Shown: positions 1-9,969 of the stretch, one piece after another
Layout of the letters: each line of letters opens with the position of its first letter
How positions within the stretch are numbered: the first letter of the stretch is position 1
From: an uncultured Acidobacteriota bacterium
GTDB lineage: Bacteria; Acidobacteriota; UBA6911
Length of the DNA: 64,000 bases
Direction of reading: 5' to 3'
Assembly: GCA_963809485.1 (NCBI GenBank)
Contig: CAWEJX010000001.1
Coordinates: 416,001-480,000, forward strand
Notes under the pieces: model-generated
What the model was told of the DNA's origin: nothing
The model's input: only the letters and a program-made list of their open reading frames with translations
Database searches by the model: none
Made by a program: the position numbers and the translations under genes

Positions 1-1
1 A

Positions 2-916
2 AAATTTTGCCGATCCGCGCAAATCGACATCGTTCAAACCTTCTTCACAGATTCAAACATTATAGGAACCATCGGCAGCCGCCTGTCAAACAAACGGCCC
101 GCTGTTGTATCAAGCCGACGCAATATCGGCTATTGGCAAAGACCCCGCGATATAAGGATTCTTCGGTTGCTGCGGCACTGGACCAATTTCTACCTGGGCA
201 ACTCCCAAGCCGCGATCCGGTCCGCCATCGAAATCGAGCGTATTGCGAAGGAAAAAACCCACGTTATATATAACGGCATCGATCTTGAGGAATTCCAGCG
301 CATGGATCCGGCCCTGCGCCGGCTTCAACGGGAAAAATGGAATATATCAGAATCTCATATTCTTATAGGAGCGATTGCCAATTTGCGCACGGTAAAAAAT
401 ATCAGCCTTCTGATTGATGCAGCCGCCCGCCTGATTCCCAAATTTCCTCAATTGCGTTTCGTCGTCGTAGGCGATGGTCCCGAGCGCAAGAATCTGGAGC
501 AACAAATAGGCAACCTGGGGCTGAATAACCGGTTTCACCTGACTGGAGCGGCCAAAGATGTGATTGCATGGCTTGCGGCTTTTGACATTGCGGTGCTACC
601 GTCTTCTTCGGAGAGCTTTTCAAATTCACTGCTCGAATATATGGCTGCGCGTTTGCCGATTGTGGCAAGTGATGTGGGCGGCAACAGCGAAGCCATCACT
701 CACAATCTTGAGGGCTTTCTATGCCCGCCTGGAGACTCGGAAGGACTCGCCAAGGCCATAGGCAAGCTGTTGAATGATCCCGGATTAGCCCGAAGGTTTG
801 CGGACTCAGGATACCGGAAGGCATGCCGACTATTCAGCTTTCCTATATGCATTGAAAACCATGAAAAGTTTTACAGAGCGGTAATCTCAGGTATTCCCTG
901 CTCATCAGGCTCATAG
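2..916 (+). CDS. Glycosyltransferase family 4 (5' partial, runs off window edge)
   Basis: Frame is open from base 2; GT-B motifs VIYNGID, FVVVGDG, ESFSNSLLEYMAA. Confidence 0.9.
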   Translation, partial: KFCRSAQIDIVQTFFTDSNIIGTIGSRLSNKRPAVVSSRRNIGYWQRPRDIRILRLLRHWTNFYLGNSQAAIRSAIEIERIAKEKTHVIYNGIDLEEFQRMDPALRRLQREKWNISESHILIGAIANLRTVKNISLLIDAAARLIPKFPQLRFVVVGDGPERKNLEQQIGNLGLNNRFHLTGAAKDVIAWLAAFDIAVLPSSSESFSNSLLEYMAARLPIVASDVGGNSEAITHNLEGFLCPPGDSEGLAKAIGKLLNDPGLARRFADSGYRKACRLFSFPICIENHEKFYRAVISGIPCSSGS

Positions 917-992
917 TCTCAGATTCTAGTGTCTCTGTGTTTTGCGGAACTCAATAATTGGTTCTAACTGATCGCAGGCATAGGCTTCCAAA

Positions 993-2354
993 ATGAATAT
1001 CTCTTCCTCAGTGATCCGGAATGTAATTGCGCCCATGTGGGCTTGGCATGAGCGGTCTCCTTACCTGCGAATATGCACAAGCCTGAAGAAAAACGAGCAC
1101 ATAAGTGCGTCGGAGCGCACGAACACACAATGGATGAAACTGATTAGCTTGGTGCGCCATGCCTGGGATCATTGCCCCTTTTATCGAGATCGGATGAGAG
1201 AGGCTGGATTCCAACCCGAGGATTTGCGGAACTGGGATGATTTCCGGCGCTTCCCCATACTTGCCAAACAGGATATCGCGGACAATACTCCGGAGATGAT
1301 CTCACAGGTCTCGAACCGGGCCCGACTTATTCCGAGAAAGACATCAGGATCTACCGGAGTATCCCTTCATTTTTATGTGGATGAAGACGAGGTTCAGTTC
1401 AAACGCGGCGTGCAAATATACAGGGATAGCTGGACAGGATGGCGCATAGGCGACTGGAGCGCGCTTGTTTGGGGCAATCCAGAATATACACGGAGCTTTA
1501 GGGGACGGTTCAGGAACCGGTTCCTAAGCCGCTGCTTCTCGCTTGATACTCTGAAAATGGATAAAACCATGATGGGCAGCTTTGCCAACGAGATCTTTCG
1601 CCGAAAACCGAGCCTCCTTTTCGGTCATGCTCATTCACTCTACCTTCTGGCAAAATTTTGGGAGGACAGCGGGCTGCCCGAATTCCGGTTTCGCGGTATT
1701 ATAAGCACCGCAATGGTCCTTCACGAGCATGAGCGCCAGAAATGCGAGTCGGTTTTTAGATCCAGGATTTTTGATCGTTACGGATGCGAGGAAGTTAGCC
1801 TGATTGCCAGCGAATGCGAAGCGCATGAAGGGCTACATGTTAACACGGACTCTCTGATAGTGGAGGTGATCAAAGACGGCCAGTCAGCCCGAACGGGAGA
1901 AAGCGGCCGCGTCATTGTCACGGATCTCTGCAACCTTGCAATGCCATTCATACGATACGAAGTCGGCGATACCGCGATACCTTCCGACAGAGCCTGCTCT
2001 TGCGGCCGAAATTATCCACTCCTGGAAAGGATCACGGGACGGGTTGCCGATTATCTTCGAACACCTGAAGGAGACTGGATTTCCGGCATTTCCCTAACCG
2101 AAAATTTTGCCACCCTCATCCCCGGTCTGCACCAGATACAGATCGTTCAGGAGGAAATGGATTTTCTGCGACTCAGGATAGTCCGCGGGCGCCTTTTCGA
2201 CCACTCCAGTGTTGAACTGATAGAAAAGCTGGTACGCCAAAGGTTTGGTTCCCGCATGCGGTTTATCACGGAATTCGTTGATTCCATCCAGCCGGAAAGA
2301 TCGGGCAAATACCGCTTTTCCATTTACAGGGTAGGATCCTCCGGGCCTGCTTGA
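993..2354 (+). CDS. Phenylacetate-CoA ligase / CapK-like adenylate-forming enzyme
   Basis: ANL motifs TSGSTG, YGCEE, RYEVGD, SGKYR. Confidence 0.85.
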   Translation: MNISSSVIRNVIAPMWAWHERSPYLRICTSLKKNEHISASERTNTQWMKLISLVRHAWDHCPFYRDRMREAGFQPEDLRNWDDFRRFPILAKQDIADNTPEMISQVSNRARLIPRKTSGSTGVSLHFYVDEDEVQFKRGVQIYRDSWTGWRIGDWSALVWGNPEYTRSFRGRFRNRFLSRCFSLDTLKMDKTMMGSFANEIFRRKPSLLFGHAHSLYLLAKFWEDSGLPEFRFRGIISTAMVLHEHERQKCESVFRSRIFDRYGCEEVSLIASECEAHEGLHVNTDSLIVEVIKDGQSARTGESGRVIVTDLCNLAMPFIRYEVGDTAIPSDRACSCGRNYPLLERITGRVADYLRTPEGDWISGISLTENFATLIPGLHQIQIVQEEMDFLRLRIVRGRLFDHSSVELIEKLVRQRFGSRMRFITEFVDSIQPERSGKYRFSIYRVGSSGPA

Positions 2355-2644
2355 CGCCCGCTTGATGCGCCACAGGCGAAGCAGTCCACGATGAGAGCAT
2401 TTCAGTCAAAGCTGGCGGAATTATGCCTATCGAAAAATGGAAACCCGAAAATGCTTCGTGGCGACAATAAGGACCGCCCATCCCAATTTTGTGCCCAGCG
2501 TCACCAATCATAGGAGTCTTTTTAATTAAAATCCCTTTTATCGCCGATAGAATCAAAGGGCGCGAAGATTCGACATATTCCGGCGAAGGGAATGAATCTG
2601 GATTAGGGCCATTGCGCATCTTCTGGGTCGGAGGAAAACATACA

Positions 2645-4888
2645 GTGATAAGCCAACAAAAAAGCATTCGTACCGTCTTCAGCTTTTCCGGTAAAATATT
2701 TCTCGCTCTCATTCCGGTTATAGCTGCGTTCAGTCTGCTTCTTCCCCTGAATTTGTTTGCGCAGACCGTGGTGATCGACTCCAAGTGGCTTGATTCCCGT
2801 CAGCCTCCCTATAAACTGACGGGGGCTGGAAGTGTCTATCAACTTTCGACGGATGTTGCCACAGCGGGAACCGCCTTCCTTTTTTCGGACACCGGTATTG
2901 TTTTTGATTTGGGAGGGCACACCATCACCTATGCCAATTTGGATTTCACCGGCATTTCGAATCCTGGGTTTGAGCTGGCCGCCGCCGGAAACCCCACAGT
3001 GCCTGAGGGCTGGGATCTCAGGGGCGCCCCCCATGCGCAGCGCCAGCATTACCTGGAGAAGTTATTTTATGATGATTATTCACTTCGAATGGAAAATCCG
3101 GCGGGTGACGCCTTTTCTGAGGAGTTTGCAGTATCACCCGAAGTCTACCTTCCCGCAGCAGGCCGCTATGCGGCCGTTGCCCAGGTAAAAGGAAGCCCCT
3201 ATAAAGCGGTCAGGGTGACGCTGGCGATTGACGGGATTTCCGCAACTCCGGACAACCTTATAAGCAATATGCCTATGGTCTATCAGGCAACTGATATGAG
3301 CATTGGGATCATCGCGGAATTTGCTGTTAATTTTCCATGCAGTGTTCGCGTGCGGGTGATTTTGGGCACGACCGACCCTGCGGTATCAACATCCGCGGAT
3401 ATTGATGAAGTCGATGTGCGTCCCATAGGAATGAATGGTATTGCACTGGATGGATATAATAAGTCGCTTGCTGAAATCCGAAACGGCACGATCCGCGAAG
3501 GTCGGTCCCGGGCAATTTACTCTCACGCCCTCCATAGGACCGGCGCCCGCATGATCCATGATCTCACCATTGTAACCAATGGAATCAACAGTATGAATAT
3601 TTCGGAAATGTGGGCAGGCGGCATCAAAATCTACAACAATCATCTCGAGGCTTTGGGCAAACTTCCGCTGCACAGGCACTACCCATTCTCCATGATTGAT
3701 CTGTCACGAACAACTGGCGGGAATGAAATTTTCGGGAATACCCTGCTCCATGGGCCTCACGTCGGCATCAACCACGGCAACGCCTCCTCCAAAGGCGACA
3801 ATCCGAACCGAAGTCAGATACATGACAACAAGATTCAGACGCGCATCGTGGCAACGAATGGTTTCGCGATTACAACAGGAAGCAATGTGGATGTATTTTC
3901 CAATACAATCCAGCCATTCCAGGGCCACGGGATCGGTCTTGGCACCGGCAGCAATAACGTCAGGATCTATGATAATCTGATCGAGCCTCGAACCTGGCCA
4001 TGCAGCGAATACTCATCCTACAACTATCCGAACTCTTCGCATGGTATCCGAATAAAAACTTACGGCAGCGGGAATCTTCGAGATGTAGAGATTTATAACA
4101 ATCGAATTATCGGGCGAACCATCCCGCAGAGATCCAACTGCTATACGGAAATCTCGGGCATTACGAACTACATCACCGATTCCGACCCTTCCGCAGCTCC
4201 AAATCCGGAAAATATTTCCATACACGACAACAGCGTGCAGGTCTATACGGACAATTACCTGCAGCAACATGCCATTGCCTATAAGGTTGCGCCCTATGGT
4301 TCCGTTACACGCAATACCTTTGGCAGCAACCACATAATAATTGAAATGTCCGACAGTGACGCTGGCGCCGGAGTGAATACCAAACTCGTTTCAAATACCC
4401 TTGAGAAGCTAGCCAGTCCCAGTGGTTTTCACACCCTGCGTTTTGGTTACAACCGGCCTTATGGGAATACACTGCTCGACACTAGTCTTTTGGGTGGAGC
4501 GGACATCAAAGACGTATTCCACACGAGGAGCTATACTACCGCCACCGACTTGAATGTTTCGTGGTTCCTAACGGTCAATGTTCGGAATCCGACAGGCACA
4601 CCCATTAAGGGGGCTACTGTTTCGGCAAGAGATAAAAACGGCACATTGGTAGGGACACTCAGTACGGATGAAACAGGTAGGGCAACCCTCGAGTTGAAAC
4701 AATATACATATTATTACGATAAAGCTGGAAGGTACGATTTCTTTTCGCCGTATCAAATAATAGTGTCCGCTCCTGGATTTGCAGCTTCCAAACAAACGGT
4801 AACGGTGGATAGATCTGTTGAATTCCCTGTCACACTTGGAAGTGGAGTTTCAAGGCCGGTTTCTCCCACAAATTTGCGATTCCCCTGA
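2645..4888 (+). CDS. Secreted right-handed beta-helix protein (putative polysaccharide lyase/hydrolase) with C-terminal carboxypeptidase-regulatory-like domain
   Basis: GTG start after GGAGG; signal-like segment ending LFAQ; repeated IYNNxI/IHDNxI beta-helix rungs; PIKGATV..TDETG motif. Confidence 0.7.
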   Translation: MISQQKSIRTVFSFSGKIFLALIPVIAAFSLLLPLNLFAQTVVIDSKWLDSRQPPYKLTGAGSVYQLSTDVATAGTAFLFSDTGIVFDLGGHTITYANLDFTGISNPGFELAAAGNPTVPEGWDLRGAPHAQRQHYLEKLFYDDYSLRMENPAGDAFSEEFAVSPEVYLPAAGRYAAVAQVKGSPYKAVRVTLAIDGISATPDNLISNMPMVYQATDMSIGIIAEFAVNFPCSVRVRVILGTTDPAVSTSADIDEVDVRPIGMNGIALDGYNKSLAEIRNGTIREGRSRAIYSHALHRTGARMIHDLTIVTNGINSMNISEMWAGGIKIYNNHLEALGKLPLHRHYPFSMIDLSRTTGGNEIFGNTLLHGPHVGINHGNASSKGDNPNRSQIHDNKIQTRIVATNGFAITTGSNVDVFSNTIQPFQGHGIGLGTGSNNVRIYDNLIEPRTWPCSEYSSYNYPNSSHGIRIKTYGSGNLRDVEIYNNRIIGRTIPQRSNCYTEISGITNYITDSDPSAAPNPENISIHDNSVQVYTDNYLQQHAIAYKVAPYGSVTRNTFGSNHIIIEMSDSDAGAGVNTKLVSNTLEKLASPSGFHTLRFGYNRPYGNTLLDTSLLGGADIKDVFHTRSYTTATDLNVSWFLTVNVRNPTGTPIKGATVSARDKNGTLVGTLSTDETGRATLELKQYTYYYDKAGRYDFFSPYQIIVSAPGFAASKQTVTVDRSVEFPVTLGSGVSRPVSPTNLRFP

Positions 4889-5255
4889 ATAGCAGCGAAT
4901 TTATCGATCCTGTAAATAGGAACGCGCGCATCATTGGATCCCTGCTCCGGCCTATGCCAATGAGGCTGCAGACATACAAGGATTGAATACCTGGGAATGC
5001 CAGGATTCCATGGGAGATTTTCCCGCTTTCCATGCACGCTGTGAGCATTCAGAGCTTGAGATGATTCATCCCTGGCAACCGTATGCAGTGTTTTCCCTTT
5101 GCGCTCCGGGAAGACTGCAACCGGCATTGTCCGATTCCCAATGATTCCATGCCCATTCCCGTTGAGCCTGCTTCTGAAAAAGCTTGGGCTCCCGCATTCG
5201 ATTCGATTCCCTGAGGGCAGCCTATTCTATGAGGACTGATTCGGAAGAAACGATT

Positions 5256-6563
5256 ATGGCGGTGCCGGAGAATAAGTCCGCAAGCCTAATGTTTGCACTT
5301 ATTTGCGGATATTTATTCCTGTATATTGAGCGACCCTGGGAAGTTTGGGTTTGGCTGGCTCCGTTTCATATCGAGCGAGCCTATATGATGGTGGCATTAG
5401 CGATCTTCGCCCTGTGGCGCGGAAAAGAAATAAGGTGGGGATTTCACCCTTTCTGGATTGCGATCTTTTTGCTGCTTCACTATGCTCTCGCCCCCTTTGC
5501 ATTCTCGGCTAAGGATGCCCTACTGCAGGGATATGAATATTTTAAAATGGCAGTTTTTTATTTCCTGATGATCTGGAGCATTAAGAGTGAATTGGAACTT
5601 CGAAAGCTGGTCCAGGCCTTCGTTGGCATCTTGGGATTCTACATGCTCCATTCTTTCAGAGAATATCTGTTAGGCCGCCATGTATATCGCATGGGTATCA
5701 CGCGCATGATTGGGGTTGATCAATTCGCGAATGATCCCAATACTTTTGGCGGTACTCTGATTTTTTCTTTGCCCTTTCTATTTGCCTTGTTCAGGACCGA
5801 AGACAGGGCTTTCCTAAAGCTGATTTACGTGGCTTATGGCGTCCTTGCAGTAGCCTGTCTTGTCCTTACAGGGTCCCGTTCCGGATTTGTAATACTGGCG
5901 CTCTTCCTCCTGTTGGACCAGATGAGGAGGAAGGGCAAGAATAGGTATTTGATGCTTGTTGCCGTGATTTTGATCGGGCTGGCCGTCTGGAATTTCATGC
6001 CTGAAGAAAAAAAGCTGCGCTTCGAGACGATCTGGAATCCCGAAGTTGGCCCAGCCAATGCAGAGGAGTCTGCTGAAGGACGAATCGCGGGATTTAAGGC
6101 TGGCATGCAAATGCTCGCGGATCAACCATTGACGGGAATCGGGGCAGGCGGAAAGAACTTCATGAATTACCGCTCAGCGAAGGGCGATGGATTCGCGATA
6201 CAGGCCCACAACCTCGCTGGAGAATTATTGGGTACCATGGGATTGTTGGGAGGAGTTGCTTTTCTTTGTCAGGTAATTGTGGTATGGAGGATGGCAGGAG
6301 AGGCAATGAAAGCAAATCCGCACTCCAATTCCCCCCCAGATTCGTACGTGCCCCAACTCTGCCTCGCATGTCGCCAGGACCTAATTCTGTTAGTCTGCAG
6401 CGGACTTTTCGGACACAATCTTTATCGGGCAAATTGGCTTTGGATTGGCGCGTGGAGTTTTCTCTGCAGGAGATTTGTCAGGATGCGTGCTGACAAGTTG
6501 ATATCCCAAAAACCAGCCAATGGTGCAGGTCTCCAGCCTGCGCATGAGTCTGCCCGAACCTAG
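5256..6563 (+). CDS. O-antigen ligase / Wzy-like polymerase
   Basis: Multi-TM protein; DPN, LTGSRSG, PLTGIG, AHN motifs; start uncertain (5229 or 5256). Confidence 0.8.
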   Translation: MAVPENKSASLMFALICGYLFLYIERPWEVWVWLAPFHIERAYMMVALAIFALWRGKEIRWGFHPFWIAIFLLLHYALAPFAFSAKDALLQGYEYFKMAVFYFLMIWSIKSELELRKLVQAFVGILGFYMLHSFREYLLGRHVYRMGITRMIGVDQFANDPNTFGGTLIFSLPFLFALFRTEDRAFLKLIYVAYGVLAVACLVLTGSRSGFVILALFLLLDQMRRKGKNRYLMLVAVILIGLAVWNFMPEEKKLRFETIWNPEVGPANAEESAEGRIAGFKAGMQMLADQPLTGIGAGGKNFMNYRSAKGDGFAIQAHNLAGELLGTMGLLGGVAFLCQVIVVWRMAGEAMKANPHSNSPPDSYVPQLCLACRQDLILLVCSGLFGHNLYRANWLWIGAWSFLCRRFVRMRADKLISQKPANGAGLQPAHESART

Positions 6564-6600
6564 CAGGCGGGACTGCTTCCGTCCGGCCAGCTTCAAATCC

Positions 6601-8148
6601 ATGAAAAAATACCTCTTCATCAATTCAGCATCCAGCACTTTGGCATTCCTGCTAAACGTGGCTGTTGTATTTGTGATGAGCCCTATTATCGTTCGCCAGC
6701 TGGGCAATACCGGATATGGCATTTGGGACCTGCTCCTGAGCTTTTGCGGTTACCTGGGTCTCCTGGAACTGGGCATCGGTCCGGCAATAATACGGTTTGT
6801 GGCAAAAAGCGCAACCCTTGAAGAAAAGCAGGAGACTCAACAGATCTTTGTAACCTCGGCAACCACATTATCGCTCATGGGACTGGCCTGCTTGGCTGTG
6901 CTGTCGCTCATTTCATTGAACCCACATCGAATTTTCAACACCTCTCCCCAGCAAAACCCTTATATGCCGGCGCTGTGCATTTTGGCAGGCGCCAATTTGT
7001 TTGTACAGTTCGCAGGCACCTCATCTGTCGCCTGTCTTATGGGCCTACAGCAGCATTACCGAATCAACCTGTTGCGGATGGCATTGGGTGTGCTTTCTGC
7101 AATAGCCACATGGGCGGCGTTGACTCGATGGGGCGGTGATGGAATACTGTGGTTAAGCGCCATTCTGCTGGCCGGCAACGTATTTCAATATACGATTTTC
7201 TCTTCATGGGCGATTCGAAACATCGGGGCCACCGGCTTATCCTTGAAGCTCTTTTCAAAAAAAAAGCTAAAGCAAATGTTTTTGTTCGGGATCAACAGTT
7301 CTCTAATCATGCTATCGGATCGCATACAACGGCAGAGCGTACCCTTTGTAATCGGCCACACCATGGGTGTTGCAAACATTGTCTTCTATTCTATCCCTGC
7401 CAGGATTACTGAATATGGCCTCAGCTTGCTTTCATCCGTAGGGCTCCCAATAACCCCTTTACTAAGCGCTGTGGATGCGAAAGACGGGCTGAAAGCCACA
7501 CGACAAGCATGGATTGAAACAGGGAGATGGCTGCAAATCCTTCAAATGCTTATTGCTTTGGGGGTGGGATTTCTGGGGACCAGCTTCATTGGGATATGGA
7601 TGGGGACTCAATATGCTGAGAGGGGGAAATGGGTCGTCCTGTGCATTTCCGGAGCCATGTTTGTAGGAGGTCTTGCCCCAAATTCCGCCAGGCTTCTGGT
7701 AGCATTGGGAAGGCATGGGGAAGTCGCAATGAAACTGGTCGTCATATCCTTGATAGCCATTTTTACGGCGATCATGCTGGCACCTCGAACGGGGCTTCCG
7801 GGAATCGCGGCAGCCATATCGCTGGCCAACATGGCAAACTTCATTGTATGCTGGCGCAAATCCTGCAACTGTCTCGACATCTCAACCGGCAAATATCTGA
7901 AAGACACTCTCGTCGCGATGGGCCCTCCAACGGTAATATTTGCAATAATTGCTTTCCTGTTAGGCGCGACTGCGGAACCGAACACCTATCCAAGGCTGAT
8001 CCTGAATGCGGCGGCCGCCTCTGCAGGCTATTTGGCCGCAGCTTGGTTTTCTGCAATCGGCTTAAAGGATCGCCGAGCTATGGGTGCCAGACTTGTCCGT
8101 CTCATCCATCAGCGGAGAATCAGGCAAAGTCCGCAACGAATCCTGTGA
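6601..8148 (+). CDS. wzx: Oligosaccharide flippase (Wzx family)
   Basis: Many TM helices; LGxxGYGIW and LELGIGPAIIRF motifs. Confidence 0.85.
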   Translation: MKKYLFINSASSTLAFLLNVAVVFVMSPIIVRQLGNTGYGIWDLLLSFCGYLGLLELGIGPAIIRFVAKSATLEEKQETQQIFVTSATTLSLMGLACLAVLSLISLNPHRIFNTSPQQNPYMPALCILAGANLFVQFAGTSSVACLMGLQQHYRINLLRMALGVLSAIATWAALTRWGGDGILWLSAILLAGNVFQYTIFSSWAIRNIGATGLSLKLFSKKKLKQMFLFGINSSLIMLSDRIQRQSVPFVIGHTMGVANIVFYSIPARITEYGLSLLSSVGLPITPLLSAVDAKDGLKATRQAWIETGRWLQILQMLIALGVGFLGTSFIGIWMGTQYAERGKWVVLCISGAMFVGGLAPNSARLLVALGRHGEVAMKLVVISLIAIFTAIMLAPRTGLPGIAAAISLANMANFIVCWRKSCNCLDISTGKYLKDTLVAMGPPTVIFAIIAFLLGATAEPNTYPRLILNAAAASAGYLAAAWFSAIGLKDRRAMGARLVRLIHQRRIRQSPQRIL

Positions 8149-8149
8149 A

Positions 8150-9085
8150 ATGAACTATGCCATGAAGGTGGATGTAATTATTCCCACATACAACAGCGCA
8201 CCATGGCTGGGTGATGCCATTGAATCCGTCCTGACTCAAGCCTTTCGGCCCGAACGGATTATTGTGGTGGATGACTGTTCGTCGGATGATACCGATTCCG
8301 TGCTTGCCCATTTTAGAGATAAAATACATTTGGTTAGACATGATGCCAATCGCGGCCTGCCTGCAGCAAGAAACACCGGCATCCGTGCAGCAACATCCGA
8401 TCTCATTGCCTTCCTGGACGCGGATGATGTATGGACAAGCAACAAACTGCAGGAGCAGGTCCTGGAATTTGCCGGTGATGATCCGCCCGGTCTCTCCTAT
8501 ACGAGCCTTATCGACTGTGATATGCAGCTGCAGCCCCTGCAATCCCCTCGGCGTTTTAAGGAAAGGAAGCGTGAAAGGGTGTTTGAGGAGCTGTTTATGC
8601 GGGCTTTCCCAATCCCGCCAAGCACTGTAATTGTTAGGAGGTGCGTATTTGAATCATGTGGACTATTCGACGAAAGCATGCTAAAGGCCCAAGACTACGA
8701 ATGCTGGCTGCGCATAGCAATGAAATATACCGTTTCCTGCCTTCCTAAAGCGCTATGCCTCAGGAGAAGCAATCCCTATTCCATCTCCGCAAGAAGCACC
8801 AGTGAAAAGGACGCATATTATGCTTTCAGGGTTTTTGAGCTTTGCGAGGTTGCCGCGGCACGGGCAGGAATTCAGCTGCCCATGAATGTTTCTGATCGCA
8901 AGATATTATTCTTGCGGCGGCGACACAGGGATTCGGTCCTATGGGGGAATAGAGATGGAGAGGCTTTTTATAGACAGAAACTGCTGGAAGCCTGTGCCTA
9001 TGACTGGAGATGCCGGATCAACTCCGCCATTTCGCGAATCAGAGTAATCCTTCCGCGCATTTCAGGCTTATATGCCTGCAATTAG
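8150..9085 (+). CDS. Glycosyltransferase family 2
   Basis: VIIPTYN, VVDDCS, FLDADD, QDY motifs. Confidence 0.9.
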   Translation: MNYAMKVDVIIPTYNSAPWLGDAIESVLTQAFRPERIIVVDDCSSDDTDSVLAHFRDKIHLVRHDANRGLPAARNTGIRAATSDLIAFLDADDVWTSNKLQEQVLEFAGDDPPGLSYTSLIDCDMQLQPLQSPRRFKERKRERVFEELFMRAFPIPPSTVIVRRCVFESCGLFDESMLKAQDYECWLRIAMKYTVSCLPKALCLRRSNPYSISARSTSEKDAYYAFRVFELCEVAAARAGIQLPMNVSDRKILFLRRRHRDSVLWGNRDGEAFYRQKLLEACAYDWRCRINSAISRIRVILPRISGLYACN

Positions 9086-9353
9086 ATTGGCGCGCAGGAC
9101 CATGGTCCAGCCATTGGAGCCGCAGACCAAATTTTGTAAATGACAATGCTCATGGAACCTATGGAATTCAACGGCGTCTTGTTTCAATGTTGACATGAAG
9201 AGACTGAGGACATTTTGTATGGCTGTTGGGGATGCAAATTTTCATGGGCATCAGTTTGATCCGTCTTTGCAGGGTTAACGGAATGGACGTCTCATGTCAT
9301 AATTCCCACGTGGCAAATATCTCAGTTCGAAAACCAGCAAGGGAGTGTCTCAT

Positions 9354-9941
9354 ATGAAAACCATGTTGCTTTTCCTTCTAGCGGCTGTATTTTCTGCAGG
9401 CTTAAATGCAGGTTTTTCATCGACTCAGACACCTGCTGATCCGCCTGCCCAAGACCAGGATTTTATCATCGGGCTCGAAGATGTCCTGTCGATCAATGTA
9501 TGGAAGGATCCGGAACTATCTGCCCGAGAGATTGTTGTCCGTCCCGACGGCAAAATCAGCTTGCCGCTGGCCGGCGATGTCCTGGCAAATGGATTGACGG
9601 TCAAACAACTGCAGGATTCGATTGCACATAAACTAAAAGATTACATTACGACACCTATCGTCACCGTGACGGTGGTAAAGATTTTCAGTCAATCCGTATC
9701 GGTCGTTGGCCAGGTGCTCAAACCGGGCGTTTTTTCCCTGGGGGCTCCCATGACGGTTATGGAACTGCTGGCCAGGGCAGGGGGGCTTACGCTTGATGCG
9801 AAACCTAAGAAAATCAAGATTCTGCGAAAAGACCAAGGTAAAACCATAACGCTGCCCTTCAATTATAACGATATAGTTAATGGCAGGGATCTACAACAGA
9901 ACATACTCCTTATGAATGGCGATGTAGTGGTAGTACCATAG
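9354..9941 (+). CDS. wza: Polysaccharide biosynthesis/export protein (Wza-like, short)
   Basis: VRPDGKISLPL, VVGQVxKPG SLBB motif, GDVVVVP end. Confidence 0.85.
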   Translation: MKTMLLFLLAAVFSAGLNAGFSSTQTPADPPAQDQDFIIGLEDVLSINVWKDPELSAREIVVRPDGKISLPLAGDVLANGLTVKQLQDSIAHKLKDYITTPIVTVTVVKIFSQSVSVVGQVLKPGVFSLGAPMTVMELLARAGGLTLDAKPKKIKILRKDQGKTITLPFNYNDIVNGRDLQQNILLMNGDVVVVP

Positions 9942-9969
9942 AGGGATACAATAGATATCCGGAGACGGG

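Noticed and set aside
993-2354. Phenylacetate catabolism role for the PaaK-like gene
   Set aside because: It is embedded in the EPS operon, and CapK-like adenylating enzymes are common in polysaccharide loci
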